Shown piece after piece: positions 10,901-23,100 of a DNA stretch of 64,000 nt (position 1 is its first letter; the number at the start of each line of letters is the position of its first letter). The notes below the pieces were generated by a model. That model did no database searches and was not told where the DNA came from. It saw only the letters and a program-made list of their open reading frames with translations. Source of the stretch: Eledone cirrhosa (taxonomy: Eukaryota); NCBI GenBank assembly GCA_964016885.1, contig OZ024754.1, forward strand, positions 25,916,001-25,980,000, written 5' to 3'. The translations under genes were made by a program, and so were the position numbers.

Positions 10901-13900
10901 CCAGCTCTCCCTGAGAGTTTCTTCTCAGACAACCTGCTGCTGTCCACCTCTCCCTTAGAGTTTCTTCTCAGACAACCTTCTGCTGTCCAGCTCTCCTGAG
11001 AGTTTCTTCTCAGAGGACCTTCTGTTGTGCACCTCTCCCTGAGAGTTTCTTCTCAGACAACCTGTGACTGTCCAACTCTCCTCAGAGTTTCTTCTCTTAG
11101 GACCTTCTGCTGTCCAGCTCTCCCTGAGAGTTTCTTCTCAGACGACCTTCTGCTGTCCAGCTCTCCCTGAGAATTTCTTCTCAGACGACCTTCTGCTGTC
11201 CAGTTCTCCATGAGAATTTCTTCTCAGACGTCCTTCTGCTGTCCAGCACTGCCTGAGAGTTTCTGCTGAGACAAACTTCTACTGTCCAGCTCTCCTGAGA
11301 GTTTCTTCTCTTAGTACCTTCTGCTGTCCAGCTCTCGCTGAGAGTTTCTTCTCAGATAACCTGTTGCTGTCCAGCTCTCCTGAGAGTTTCTTCTCAGACA
11401 ACCTGTGACTGTCCAACTCTCCTCAGAGTTTCTTCTCTTAGGACCTTCTGCTGTCCAGCTCTCCCTGAGAGTTTCTTCTCAGGCGACTTTCTGCTGTCCA
11501 GCTCTCCCTGAGAGTTTCTTCTCAGACGACCTTCTGCTGTCCACCTCTCCCTGAGAGTTTCTTCTCAGACAACCTTCTGCTGTCCAGCTCTCCTGAGAGT
11601 TTCTTCTCAGAGGACCTTCTGTTGTGCACCTCTCCCTGAGAGTTTCTTCTCACACAACCTGTGGCTGTCCAACTCTCCTCAGAGTTTCTTCTCTTAGGAC
11701 CTTCTGCTGTCCAGCTCTCCCTGAGAGTTTCTTCTCAGACAACCTTCTGCTGTCCAGCTCTCCCTGAGAGTTTCTTCTTAGACAACCTTCTGCTGTCCAG
11801 CTCTCACTGAGAGTTTCTTCTCAGACAACCTTCTGCTGTCCAGCTCTCCTGAGAGTTTCTTCTCAGACAACCTGCTGCTGTCCACCTCTCCTGAGAGTTT
11901 CTTCTCAGACAACCTGCTGCTGTCCACCTCTCCTGAGAGTTTCTTCTCAGACAACCTTCTGCTGTCCAGCTCTCTTGAGAGTTTCTTCTCAGACGACTTT
12001 CTGCTGTCCACCTCTCCCTGAGAGTTTCTTCTCAGACAGCCTGTGGCTGTCCAACTCTCCTCAGAGTTTCTTCTCTTAGGACCTTCTGCTGTCCAGCTCT
12101 CCCTGAGAGTTTCTTCTCAGACGACCTTCTGCTGTCCACCTCTCCCTGAGAGTTTCTTCTCAGACGACCTCCTGCTGTCCAGCCCTCCTGAGAGTTTCTT
12201 CTCAGACGACCTGCTACTGTCCAGCTCTCGCTGAGAGTTTCTTCTCAGATAACCTGTTGCTGTCCAGCTCTCCTGAGAGTTTCTTCTCAGACAACCTGCT
12301 GCTGTCCACCTCTCCCTGAGAGTTTCTTCTCAGACAACCTTCTGCTGTCCAGCTCTCCTGAGAGTTTCTTCTCAGAGGACCTTCTGTTGTGCACCTCTCC
12401 CTGAGAGTTTCTTCTCACACAACCTGTGGCTGTCCAACTCTCCTCAGAGTTTCTTCTCTTAGGACCTTCTGCTGTCCAGCTCTCCCTGAGAGTTTCTTCT
12501 CAGACGACCTTCTGCTGTCCAGCTCTCCCTGAGAGTTTCTTCTCAGACGACCTACTGCTGTCCAGTTCTCCATGAGAATTTCTTCTCAGACGACCTTCTG
12601 CTGTCCAGCACTGCCTGAGAGTTTCTGCTGAGACAAACTTCTACTGTCCAGCTCTCCTGAGAGTTTTTCTAAGACGACCTGTTGCTGTCCACCTATCCAT
12701 GAGACTTTCTTCTCAGACAAACTGCTGCTGTCCACCTCTCCTGAGAGTTTCTTCTAAGACAACCTGCTGCTGTCCACCTCTCCTGAGAGTTTCTTCTCAG
12801 ACGACCTTCTGCTGTCCAGCTCCCTCTGAGAGTTTCTTCTTAGACAACCTTCTGCTGTCCAGCTCTCCTGAGAGATTCTTCTCAGACGACTTTCTGCTGT
12901 CCACCTCTCCCTGAGAGTTTCTTCTCAGACGACCTTCTGCTGTCCAGCTCTCCCTGAGAGTTTCTTCTCAGACAACCTTCTGCTGTCCAGCTTTCCCTGA
13001 GAGTTTCTTCTCAGACGACATTCTGCTGTCCAGCTCTCCCTGAGAGTTTCTTCTCAGACCACCTGCTGCTGTCTAGCTCTCCCTGAGAGTTTCTTCTCAG
13101 ACGACCTCCTGCTGTCCAGCTCTCCTGAGAGTTTCTTCTCAGACGACCTGCTGCTGTCCAGCTCTCCCTGAGAGTTTCTTCTCAGATAACCTGTTGCTGT
13201 CCAGCTCTCCTGAGAGTTTCTTCTCAGACAACCTGCTGCTGTCCACCTCTCCCTTAGAGTTTCTTCTCAGACAACCTTCTGCTGTCCAGCTCTCCTGAGA
13301 GTTTCTTCTCAGAGGACCTTCTGTTGTGCACCTCTCCCTGAGAGTTTCTTCTCAGACAACCTCTGACTGTCCAACTCTCCTCAGAGTTTCTTCTCTTAGG
13401 ACCTTCTGCTGACCAGGTCTCCCTGAGAGTTTCTTCTCAGACGACCTTCTGCTGTCCAGCTCTCCCTGAGAGTTTCTTCTCAGACGACCTTCTGCTGTCC
13501 AGTTCTCCATGAGAATTTCTTCTCAGAGGACCTTCTCCTGTCCACCTCTCCCTGAGAGTTTCTTCTCAGACAACATTCTGCTGTCCAGCTCTCCTGAGAG
13601 TTTCTTCTCAGACGACCTGCTGCTGTCCACCTCTCCTGAGAGTTTCTTCTCAGACAACCTGTTGCTGTCCACCTATCCATGAGACTTTCTTCTCAGATAG
13701 CCTGCTTCTGTCCACCTCTCCTGAGAGTTTCTTCTCAGACAACCTTCTGCTGTCCAGCTCTCCTGAGAGTTTCTTCTCAGACGACTTTCTGCTGTCCACC
13801 TCTCCCTGAGAGTTTCTTCTCAGACAACCTGTGGCTGTCCAACTCTCCTCAGATTTTCTTCTCTGAGGACCTTCTGCTGTCCAGCTCTCCCTGAGAGTTT

Positions 13901-14610
13901 CTTCTCAGACGACCTTCTGCTGTCCAGCTCTCCCTGAGAGTTTCTTCTCAGACGACCTGCTGCTGTCCATCTCTCCCTGAGAGTTTCTTCTCAGATAACC
14001 TGTTGCTGTCCAGCTCTCCTTAGAGTTTCTTCTCAGACAACCTGCTGCTGTCCACCTCTCCCTGAGAGTTTCTTCTCAGACAACCTTCTGCTGTCCAGCT
14101 CTCCTGAGAGTTTCTTCTCAGAGGACCTTCTGTTGTGCCCTCTCCCTGAGAGTTTCTTCTCAGACAACCTGTGACTGTCCAACTCTCCTCAGAGTTTCTT
14201 CTCTTAGGACCTTCTGCTGTCCATCTCTCCCTGAGAGTTTCTTCTCAGACGACCTTCTGCTGTCCAGTTCTCCATGAGAATTTCTTCTCAGACGACCTTC
14301 TGCTGTCCAGCACTGCCTGAGAGTTTCTGCTGAGACAAACTTCTACTGTCCAGCTCTCCTGAGAGTTTCTTCTCAGACGACCTGCTGCTGTCCATCTCTC
14401 CTGAGAGTTTCTTCTCAGACAACCTGCTGCTGTCCACCTCTCCTGAGAGTTTCTTCTCAGACAACCTGCTGCTGTCCACCTCTCCTGAGAGTTTCTTCTC
14501 AGGCGACCTTCTGCTGTCCAGCTCTCCCTGAGAGTTTCTTCTTAGACAACCTTCTGCTGTCCAGCTCTCACTGAGAGTTTCTTCTCAGACAACCTTCTGC
14601 TGTCCAGCTC
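7940..14610 (+). repeat. ~3.8-kb higher-order repeat pair (unit starting ~7.94 kb repeated from ~11.73 kb)
   Basis: Near-identical ORFs are offset by 3790-3832 (7987/11778, 8909/12699, 9847/13679). Confidence 0.8.
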
Positions 14611-16910
14611 TCCTGAGAGTTTCTTCTCAGAGGACCTTCTGTTGTGCACCTCTCCCTGAGAGTTTCTTCTCAGACAACCTCTGACTGTCCAACTCTCCTC
14701 AGAGTTTCTTCTCTTAGGACCTTCTGCTGACCAGGTCTCCCTGAGAGTTTCTTCTCAGACGACCTTCTGCTGTCCAGCTCTCCCTGAGAGTTTCTTCTCA
14801 GACGACCTTCTGCTGTCCAGCTCTCCCTGAGAGTTTCTTCTCAGACGACCTACTGCTGTCCAGTTCTCCATGAGAATTTCTTCTCAGACGACCTTCTGCT
14901 GTCCAGCACTGCCTGAGAGTTTCTGCTGAGACAAACTTCTACTGTCCAGCTCTCCTGAGAGTTTCTTCTAAGACGACCTGTTGCTGTCCACCTATCCATG
15001 AGACTTTCTTCTCAGACAAACTGCTGCTGTCCACCTCTCCTGAGAGTTTCTTCTAAGACAACCTGCTGCTGTCCACCTCTCCTGAGAGTTTCTTCTCAGA
15101 CGACCTTCTGCTGTCCAGCTCCCTCTGAGAGTTTCTTCTTAGACAACCTTCTGCTGTCCAGCTCTCCTGAGAGATTCTTCTCAGACGACTTTCTGCTGTC
15201 CACCTCTCCCTGAGAGTTTCTTCTCAGACGACCTTCTGCTGTCCAGCTCTCCCTGAGAGTTTCTTCTCAGACAACCTTCTGCTGTCCAGCTTTCCCTGAG
15301 AGTTTCTTCTCAGACGACATTCTGCTGTCCAGCTCTCCCTGAGAGTTTCTTCTCAGACCACCTGCTGCTGTCTAGCTCTCCCTGAGAGTTTCTTCTCAGA
15401 CGACCTCCTGCTGTCCAGCTCTCCTGAGAGTTTCTTCTCAGACGACCTGCTGCTGTCCAGCTCTCCCTGAGAGTTTCTTCTCAGATAACCTGTTGCTGTC
15501 CAGCTCTCCTGAGAGTTTCTTCTCAGACAACCTGCTGCTGTCCACCTCTCCCTTAGAGTTTCTTCTCAGACAACCTTCTGCTGTCCAGCTCTCCTGAGAG
15601 TTTCTTCTCAGAGGACCTTCTGTTGTGCACCTCTCCCTGAGAGTTTCTTCTCAGACAACCTCTGACTGTCCAACTCTCCTCAGAGTTTCTTCTCTTAGGA
15701 CCTTCTGCTGACCAGGTCTCCCTGAGAGTTTCTTCTCAGACGACCTTCTGCTGTCCAGCTCTCCCTGAGAGTTTCTTCTCAGACGACCTTCTGCTGTCCA
15801 GTTCTCCATGAGAATTTCTTCTCAGAGGACCTTCTCCTGTCCACCTCTCCCTGAGAGTTTCTTCTCAGACAACATTCTGCTGTCCAGCTCTCCTGAGAGT
15901 TTCTTCTCAGACGACCTGCTGCTGTCCACCTCTCCTGAGAGTTTCTTCTCAGACAACCTGTTGCTGTCCACCTATCCATGAGACTTTCTTCTCAGATAGC
16001 CTGCTTCTGTCCACCTCTCCTGAGAGTTTCTTCTCAGACAACCTTCTGCTGTCCAGCTCTCCTGAGAGTTTCTTCTCAGACGACTTTCTGCTGTCCACCT
16101 CTCCCTGAGAGTTTCTTCTCAGACAACCTGTGGCTGTCCAACTCTCCTCAGATTTTCTTCTCTGAGGACCTTCTGCTGTCCAGCTCTCCCTGAGAGTTTC
16201 TTCTCAGACGACCTTCTGCTGTCCAGCTCTCCCTGAGAGTTTCTTCTCAGACGACCTGCTGCTGTCCATCTCTCCCTGAGAGTTTCTTCTCAGATAACCT
16301 GTTGCTGTCCAGCTCTCCTTAGAGTTTCTTCTCAGACAACCTGCTGCTGTCCACCTCTCCCTGAGAGTTTCTTCTCAGACAACCTTCTGCTGTCCAGCTC
16401 TCCTGAGAGTTTCTTCTCAGAGGACCTTCTGTTGTGCCCTCTCCCTGAGAGTTTCTTCTCAGACAACCTGTGACTGTCCAACTCTCCTCAGAGTTTCTTC
16501 TCTTAGGACCTTCTGCTGTCCATCTCTCCCTGAGAGTTTCTTCTCAGACGACCTTCTGCTGTCCAGTTCTCCATGAGAATTTCTTCTCAGACGACCTTCT
16601 GCTGTCCAGCACTGCCTGAGAGTTTCTGCTGAGACAAACTTCTACTGTCCAGCTCTCCTGAGAGTTTCTTCTCAGACGACCTGCTGCTGTCCATCTCTCC
16701 TGAGAGTTTCTTCTCAGACAACCTGCTGCTGTCCACCTCTCCTGAGAGTTTCTTCTCAGACAACCTGCTGCTGTCCACCTCTCCTGAGAGTTTCTTCTCA
16801 GGCGACCTTCTGCTGTCCAGCTCTCCCTGAGAGTTTCTTCTTAGACAACCTTCTGCTGTCCAGCTCTCACTGAGAGTTTCTTCTCAGACAACCTTCTGCT
16901 GTCCAGCTCT
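12490..16910 (+). repeat. 2299-bp period near-identical tandem duplication
   Basis: Identical ORFs are offset by 2299 (12699/14998, 13480/15779, 13679/15978, 14288/16587). Variant TTTCCCTGAG lies at 12992 and 15291. Confidence 0.9.
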
Positions 16911-17199
16911 CCCTGAGACTTTCTTCTCAGACGACCTTCTGCTGTCCACCTCTCCCTGAGAGTTTCTTCTCAGACCACCTGCTGCTGTCTAGCTCTCCCT
17001 GAGAGTTTCTTCTCAGACGACCTCCTGCTGTCCAGCTCTCCTGAGAGTTTCTTCTCAGACGACCTGCTGCTGTCCAGCTCTCCCTGAGAGTTTCTTCTCA
17101 GATAACCTGTTGCTGTCCAGCTCTCCTGAGAGTTTCTTCTCAGACAACCTGCTGCTGTCCACCTCTCCCTTAGAGTTTCTTCTCAGACAACCTTCTGCT

Positions 17200-20100
17200 G
17201 TCCAGCTCTCCTGAGAGTTTCTTCTCAGAGGACCTTCTGTTGTGCACCTCTCCCTGAGAGTTTCTTCTCAGACAACCTGTGACTGTCCAACTCTCCTCAG
17301 AGTTTCTTCTCTTAGAACCTTCTGCTGTCCAGCTCTCCCTGAGAGTTTCTTCTCAGACGACCTTCTGCTGTCCAGCTCTCCCTGAGAGTTTCTTCTCAGA
17401 CGACCTTCTGCTGTCCAGTTCTCCATGAGAATTTCTTCTCAGACGTCCTTCTGCTGTCCAGCACTGCCTGAGAGTTTCTGCTGAGACAAACTTCTACTGT
17501 CCAGCTCTCCTGAGAGTTTCTTCTCTTAGTACCTTCTGCTGTCCAGCTCTCGCTGAGAGTTTCTTCTCAGATAACCTGTTGCTGTCCAGCTCTCCTGAGA
17601 GTTTCTTCTCAGACAACCTGTGACTGTCCAACTCTCCTCAGAGTTTCTTCTCTTAGGACCTTCTGCTGTCCAGCTCTCCCTGAGAGTTTCTTCTCAGACG
17701 ACTTTCTGCTGTCCAGCTCTCCCTGAGAGTTTCTTCTCAGACGACCTTCTGCTGTCCACCTCTCCCTGAGAGTTTCTTCTCAGACAACCTTCTGCTGTCC
17801 AGCTCTCCTGAGAGTTTCTTCTCAGAGGACCTTCTGTTGTGCACCTCTCCCTGAGAGTTTCTTCTCACACAACCTGTGGCTGTCCAACTCTCCTCAGAGT
17901 TTCTTCTCTTAGGACCTTCTGCTGTCCAGCTCTCCCTGAGAGTTTCTTCTCAGACGACCTTCTGCTGTCCAGCTCTCCCTGAGAGTTTCTTCTCAGACGA
18001 CCTACTGCTGTCCAGTTCTCCATGAGAATTTCTTCTCAGACGACCTTCTGCTGTCCAGCACTGCCTGAGAGTTTCTGCTGAGACAAACTTCTACTGTCCA
18101 GCTCTCCTGAGAGTTTCTTCTCAGACGACCTGTTGCTGTCCACCTATCCATGAGACTTTCTTCTCAGACAACCTGCTGCTGTCCACCTCTCCTGAGAGTT
18201 TCTTCTCAGACAACCTGCTGCTGTCCACCTCTCCTGAGTGTTTCTTCTCAGACGACCTTCTACTGTCCAGCTCTCCCTGAGAGTTTCTTCTTAGACAACC
18301 TTCTGCTGTCCAGCTCTCACTGAGAGTTTCTTCTCAGACAACCTTCTGCTGTCCAGCTCTCCTGAGAGTTTCTTCTCAGACGACTTTCTGCTGTCCACCT
18401 CTCCCTGAGAGTTTCTTCTCAGACGACCTTCTGCTGTCCAGCTCTCCCTGAGAGTTTCTTCTCAGACAACCTTCTGCTGTCCAGCTCTCCCTGAGAGTTT
18501 CTTCTCAGACGACCTTCTGCTGTCCAGTTCTCCCTGAGAGTTTCTTCTCAGACCACCTGCTGCTGTCTAGCTCTCCCTGAGAGTTTCTTCTCAGACGACC
18601 TCCTGCTGTCCAGCTCTCCTGAGAGTTTCTTCTCAGACGACCTGCTGCTGTCCAGCTCTCCCTGAGAGTTTCTTCTCAGATAACCTGTTGCTGTCCAGCT
18701 CTCCTGAGAGTTTCTTCAAAGACAACCTGCTGCTGTCCACCTCTCCCTTAGAGTTTCTTCTCAGACAACCTTCTGCTGTCCAGCTCTCCTGAGAGTTTCT
18801 TCTCAGAGGACCTTCTGTTGTGCACCTCTCCCTGAGAGTTTCTTCTCAGACAACCTCTGACTGTCCAACTCTCCTCAGAGTTTCTTCTCTTAGGACCTTC
18901 TGCTGTCCAGCTCTCCCTGAGAGCTTCTTCTCAGACGACCTTCTGCTGTCCAGCTCTCCCTGAGAGTTTCTTCTCAGACGACCTTCTGCTGTCCAGTTCT
19001 CCATGAGAATTTCTTCTCAGACGACCTTCTCCTGTCCACCTCTCCCTGAGAGTTTCTTCTCAGACAACCTTCTGCTGTCCAGCTCTCCTGAGAGTTTCTT
19101 CTCAGAGGACCTTCTGTTGTGCACCTCTCCCTGAGAGTTTCTTCTCAGGCGACCTGCTGCTGTCCACCTCTCCTGAGAGTTTCTTCTCAGACAACCTGTT
19201 GCTGTCCACCTATCCATGAGACTTTCTTCTCAGACAGCCTGCTTCTGTCCACCTCTCCTGAGAGTTTCTTCTGAGACAACCTTCTGCTGTCCAGCTCTCC
19301 TGAGAGTTTCTTCTCAGATGACTTTCTGCTGTCCACCTCTCCCTGAGAGTTTCTTCTCAGACAACCTGTGGCTGTCCAAATCTCCTCAGAGTTTCTTCTC
19401 TGAGGACCTTCTGCTGTCCAGCTCTCCCTGACAGTTTCTTCTCAGACGACCTTCTGCTGTCCAGCTCTCTCTGAGAGTTTCTTCTCAGACGACCTGCTGC
19501 TGTCCATCTCTCCCTGAGAGTTTCTTCGCAGATAACCTGTTGCTGTCCAGCTCTCCTTAGAGTTTCTTCTCAGACAACCTGCTGCTGTCCACCTCTCCCT
19601 GAGAGTTTCTTCTCAGACAACCTTCTGCTGTCCAGCTCTCCTGAGAGTTTCTTCTCAGAGGACCTTGTGTTGTGCCCTCTCCCTGAGAGTTTCTTCTCAG
19701 ACAACCTGTGACTGTCCAACTCTCCTCAGAGTTTCTTCTCTTAGGACCTTCTCCTGTCCAGCTCTCCCTGAGAGTTTCTTCTCAGACGACCTTCTGCTGT
19801 CCAGCTCTCCCTGAGAGTTTCTTCTCAGACGACCCTCTGCTGTCCAGTTCTCCATGAGAATTTCTCCTCAGACGACCTTCTGCTGTCCAGCACTGCCTGA
19901 GAGTTTCTTCTCAGACGACCTTCTGCTGTCCAGTTCTCCATGAGAATTTCTGCTGAGACAAACTTCTACTGTCCAGCTCTCCTGAGAGTTTCTTCTCTTA
20001 GGACCTTCTGCTGTCCAGCTCTCGCTGAGAGTTTCTTCTCAGATAACCTGTTGCTGTCCAGCTCTCCTGAGAGTTTCTTCTCAGACAACCTGTGACTGTC

Positions 20101-23100
20101 CAACTCTCCTCAGAGTTTCTTCTCTTAGGACCTTCTGCTGTCCAGCTCTCCCTGAGAGTTTCTTCTCAGACGACTTTCTGCTGTCCAGCTCTCCCTGAGA
20201 GTTTCTTCTCAGACGACCTTCTGCTGTCCACCTCTCCCTGAGAGTTTCTTCTCAGACAACCTTCTGCTGTCCAGCTCTCCTGAGAGTTTCTTCTCAGAGG
20301 ACCTTCTGTTGTGCACCTCTCCCTGAGAGTTTCTTCTCACACAACCTGTGGCTGTCCAACTCTCCTCAGAGTTTCTTCTCTTAGGACCTTCTGCTGTCCA
20401 GCTCTCCCTGAGAGTTTCTTCTCAGACGACCTTCTGCTGGCCAGCTCTCCCTGAGAGTTTCTTCTCAAACGACCTACTGCTGTCCAGTTCTCCATGAGAA
20501 TTTCTTCTCAGACGAACTTCTGCTGTCCAGCACTGCCTGAGAGTTTCTGCTGAGACAAACTTCTACTGTCCAGCTCTCCTGAGAGTTTCTTCTCAGACGA
20601 CCTGTTGCTGTCCACCTATCCATGAGACTTTCTTGTCAGACAACCTGCTGCTGTCCACCTCTCCTGAGAGTTTCTTCTCAGACAACCTGCTGCTGTCCAC
20701 CTCTCCTGAGTGTTTCTTCTCAGACGACCTTCTACTGTCCAGCTCTCCCTGAGAGTTTCTTCTTAGACAACCTTCTGCTGTCCAGCTCTCACTGAGAGTT
20801 TCTTCTCAGACAACCTTCTGCTGTCCAGCTCTCCTGAGAGTTTCTTCTCAGACGACTTTCTGCTGTCCACCTCTCCCTGAGAGTTTCTTCTCAGACGACC
20901 TTCTGCTGTCCAGCTCTCCCTGAGAGTTTCTTCTCAGACAACCTTCTGCTGTCCAGCTCTCCCTGAGAGTTTCTTCTCAGACGACCTTCTGCTGTCCAGT
21001 TCTCCCTGAGAGTTTCTTCTCAGACCACCTGCTGCTGTCTAGCTCTCCCTGAGAGTTTCTTCTCAGAGGACCTTCTGTTGTGCACCTCTCCCTGAGAGTT
21101 TCTTCTCAGACAACCTCTGACTGTCCAACTCTCCTCAGAGTTTCTTCTCTTAGGACCTTCTGCTGTCCAGCTCTCCCTGAGAGTTTCTTCTCAGACTACC
21201 TTCTGCTGTCCAGCTCTCCCTGAGAGTTTCTTCTCAGACGACCTTCTGCTGTCCAGTTCTCCATGAGAATTTCTTCTCAGACGACCTTCTCCTGTCCACC
21301 TCTCCCTGAGAGTTTCTTCTCAGACAACCTTCTGCTGTCCAGCTCTCCTGAGAGTTTCTTCTCAGAGGACCTTCTGTTGTGCACCTCTCCCTGAGAGTTT
21401 CTTCTCAGACGACCTTCTGCTGTCCACCTCTCCTGAGAGTTTCTTCTCAGACAACCTGTTGCTGTCCACCTATCCATGAGACTTTCTTCTCAGACAGCCT
21501 GCTTCTGTCCACCTCTCCTGAGAGTTTCTTCTCAGACAACCTTCTGCTGTCCAGCTCTCCTGAGAGTTTCTTCTCAGATGACTTTCTGCTGTCCACCTCT
21601 CCCTGAGAGTTTCTTCTCAGACAACCTGTGGCTCTCCAAATCTCCTCAGAGTTTCTTCTCTGAGGACCTTCTGCTGTCCAGCTCTCCCTGACAGTTTCTT
21701 CTCAGACGACCTTCTGCTGTCCAGCTCTCTCTGAGAGTTTCTTCTCAGACGACCTGCTGCTGTCCATCTCTCCCTGAGAGTTTCTTCTCAGATAACCTGT
21801 TGCTGTCCAGCTCTCCTTAGAGTTTCTTCTCAGACAACCTGCTGCTGTCCACCTCTCCCTGAGAGTTTCTTCTCAGACAACCTTCTGCTGTCCAGCTCTC
21901 CTGAGAGTTTCTTCTCAGAGGACCTTGTGTTGTGCCCTCTCCCTGAGAGTTTCTTCTCAGACAACCTGTGACTGTCCAACTCTCCTCAGAGTTTCTTCTC
22001 TTAGGACCTTCTCCTGTCCAGCTCTCCCTGAGAGTTTCTTCTCAGACGACCTTCTGCTGTCCAGCTCTCCCTGAGAGTTTCTTCTCAGACGACCTTCTGC
22101 TGTCCAGTTCTCCATGAGAATTTCTTCTCAGACGACCTTCTGCTGTCCAGCACTGCCTGAGAGTTTCTGCTGAGACAAACTTCTACTGTCCAGCTCTCCT
22201 GAGAGTTTCTTCTCAGACGACCTGCTGCTGTCCATCTCTCCTGAGAGTTTCTTCTTAGACAACCTGTTGCTGTCCACCTATCCATGAGACTTTCATCTCA
22301 GACAACCTGCTGCTGTCCACCTCTCCTGAGAGTTTCTTCTCAGACAACCTGCTGCTGTCCACCTCTCCTGAGAGTTTCTTCTCAGGCGACCTTCTGCTGT
22401 CCAGCTCTCCCTGAGAGTTTCTTCTTAGACAACCTTCTGCTGTCCAGCTCTCACTGAGAGTTTCTTCTCAGACAACCTTCTGCTGTCCAGCTCTCCCTGA
22501 GAGTTTCTTCTCAGACGACCTTCTGCTGTCCACCTCTCCCTGAGAGTTTCTTCTCAGACCACCTGCTGCTGTCTAGCTCTCCCTGAGAGTTTCTTCTCAG
22601 ACGACCTCCTGCTGTCCAGCTCTCCTGAGAGTTTCGTCTCAGACGACCTGCTGCTGTCCAGCTCTCCCTGAGAGTTTCTTCTCAGATAACCTGTTGCTGT
22701 CCAGCTCTCCTGAGAGTTTCTTCTCAGACAACCTGCTGCTGTCCACCTCTCCCTTAGAGTTTCTTCTCAGACAACCTTCTGCTGTCCAGCTCTCCTGAGA
22801 GTTTCTTCTCAGACGACTTTCTGCTGTCCACCTCTCCCTGAGAGTTTCTTCTCAGACGACCTTCTGCTGTCCAGCTCTCCCTGAGAGTTTCTTCTCAGAC
22901 AACCTTCTGCTGTCCAGCTCTCCCTGAGAGTTTCTTCTCAGACGACCTTCTGCTGTCCAGTTCTCCCTGAGAGTTTCTTCTCAGACCACCTGCTGCTGTC
23001 TAGCTCTCCCTGAGAGTTTCTTCTCAGACGACCTCCTGCTGTCCAGCTCTCCTGAGAGTTTCTTCTCAGACGACCTGCTGCTGTCCAGCTCTCCCTGAGA

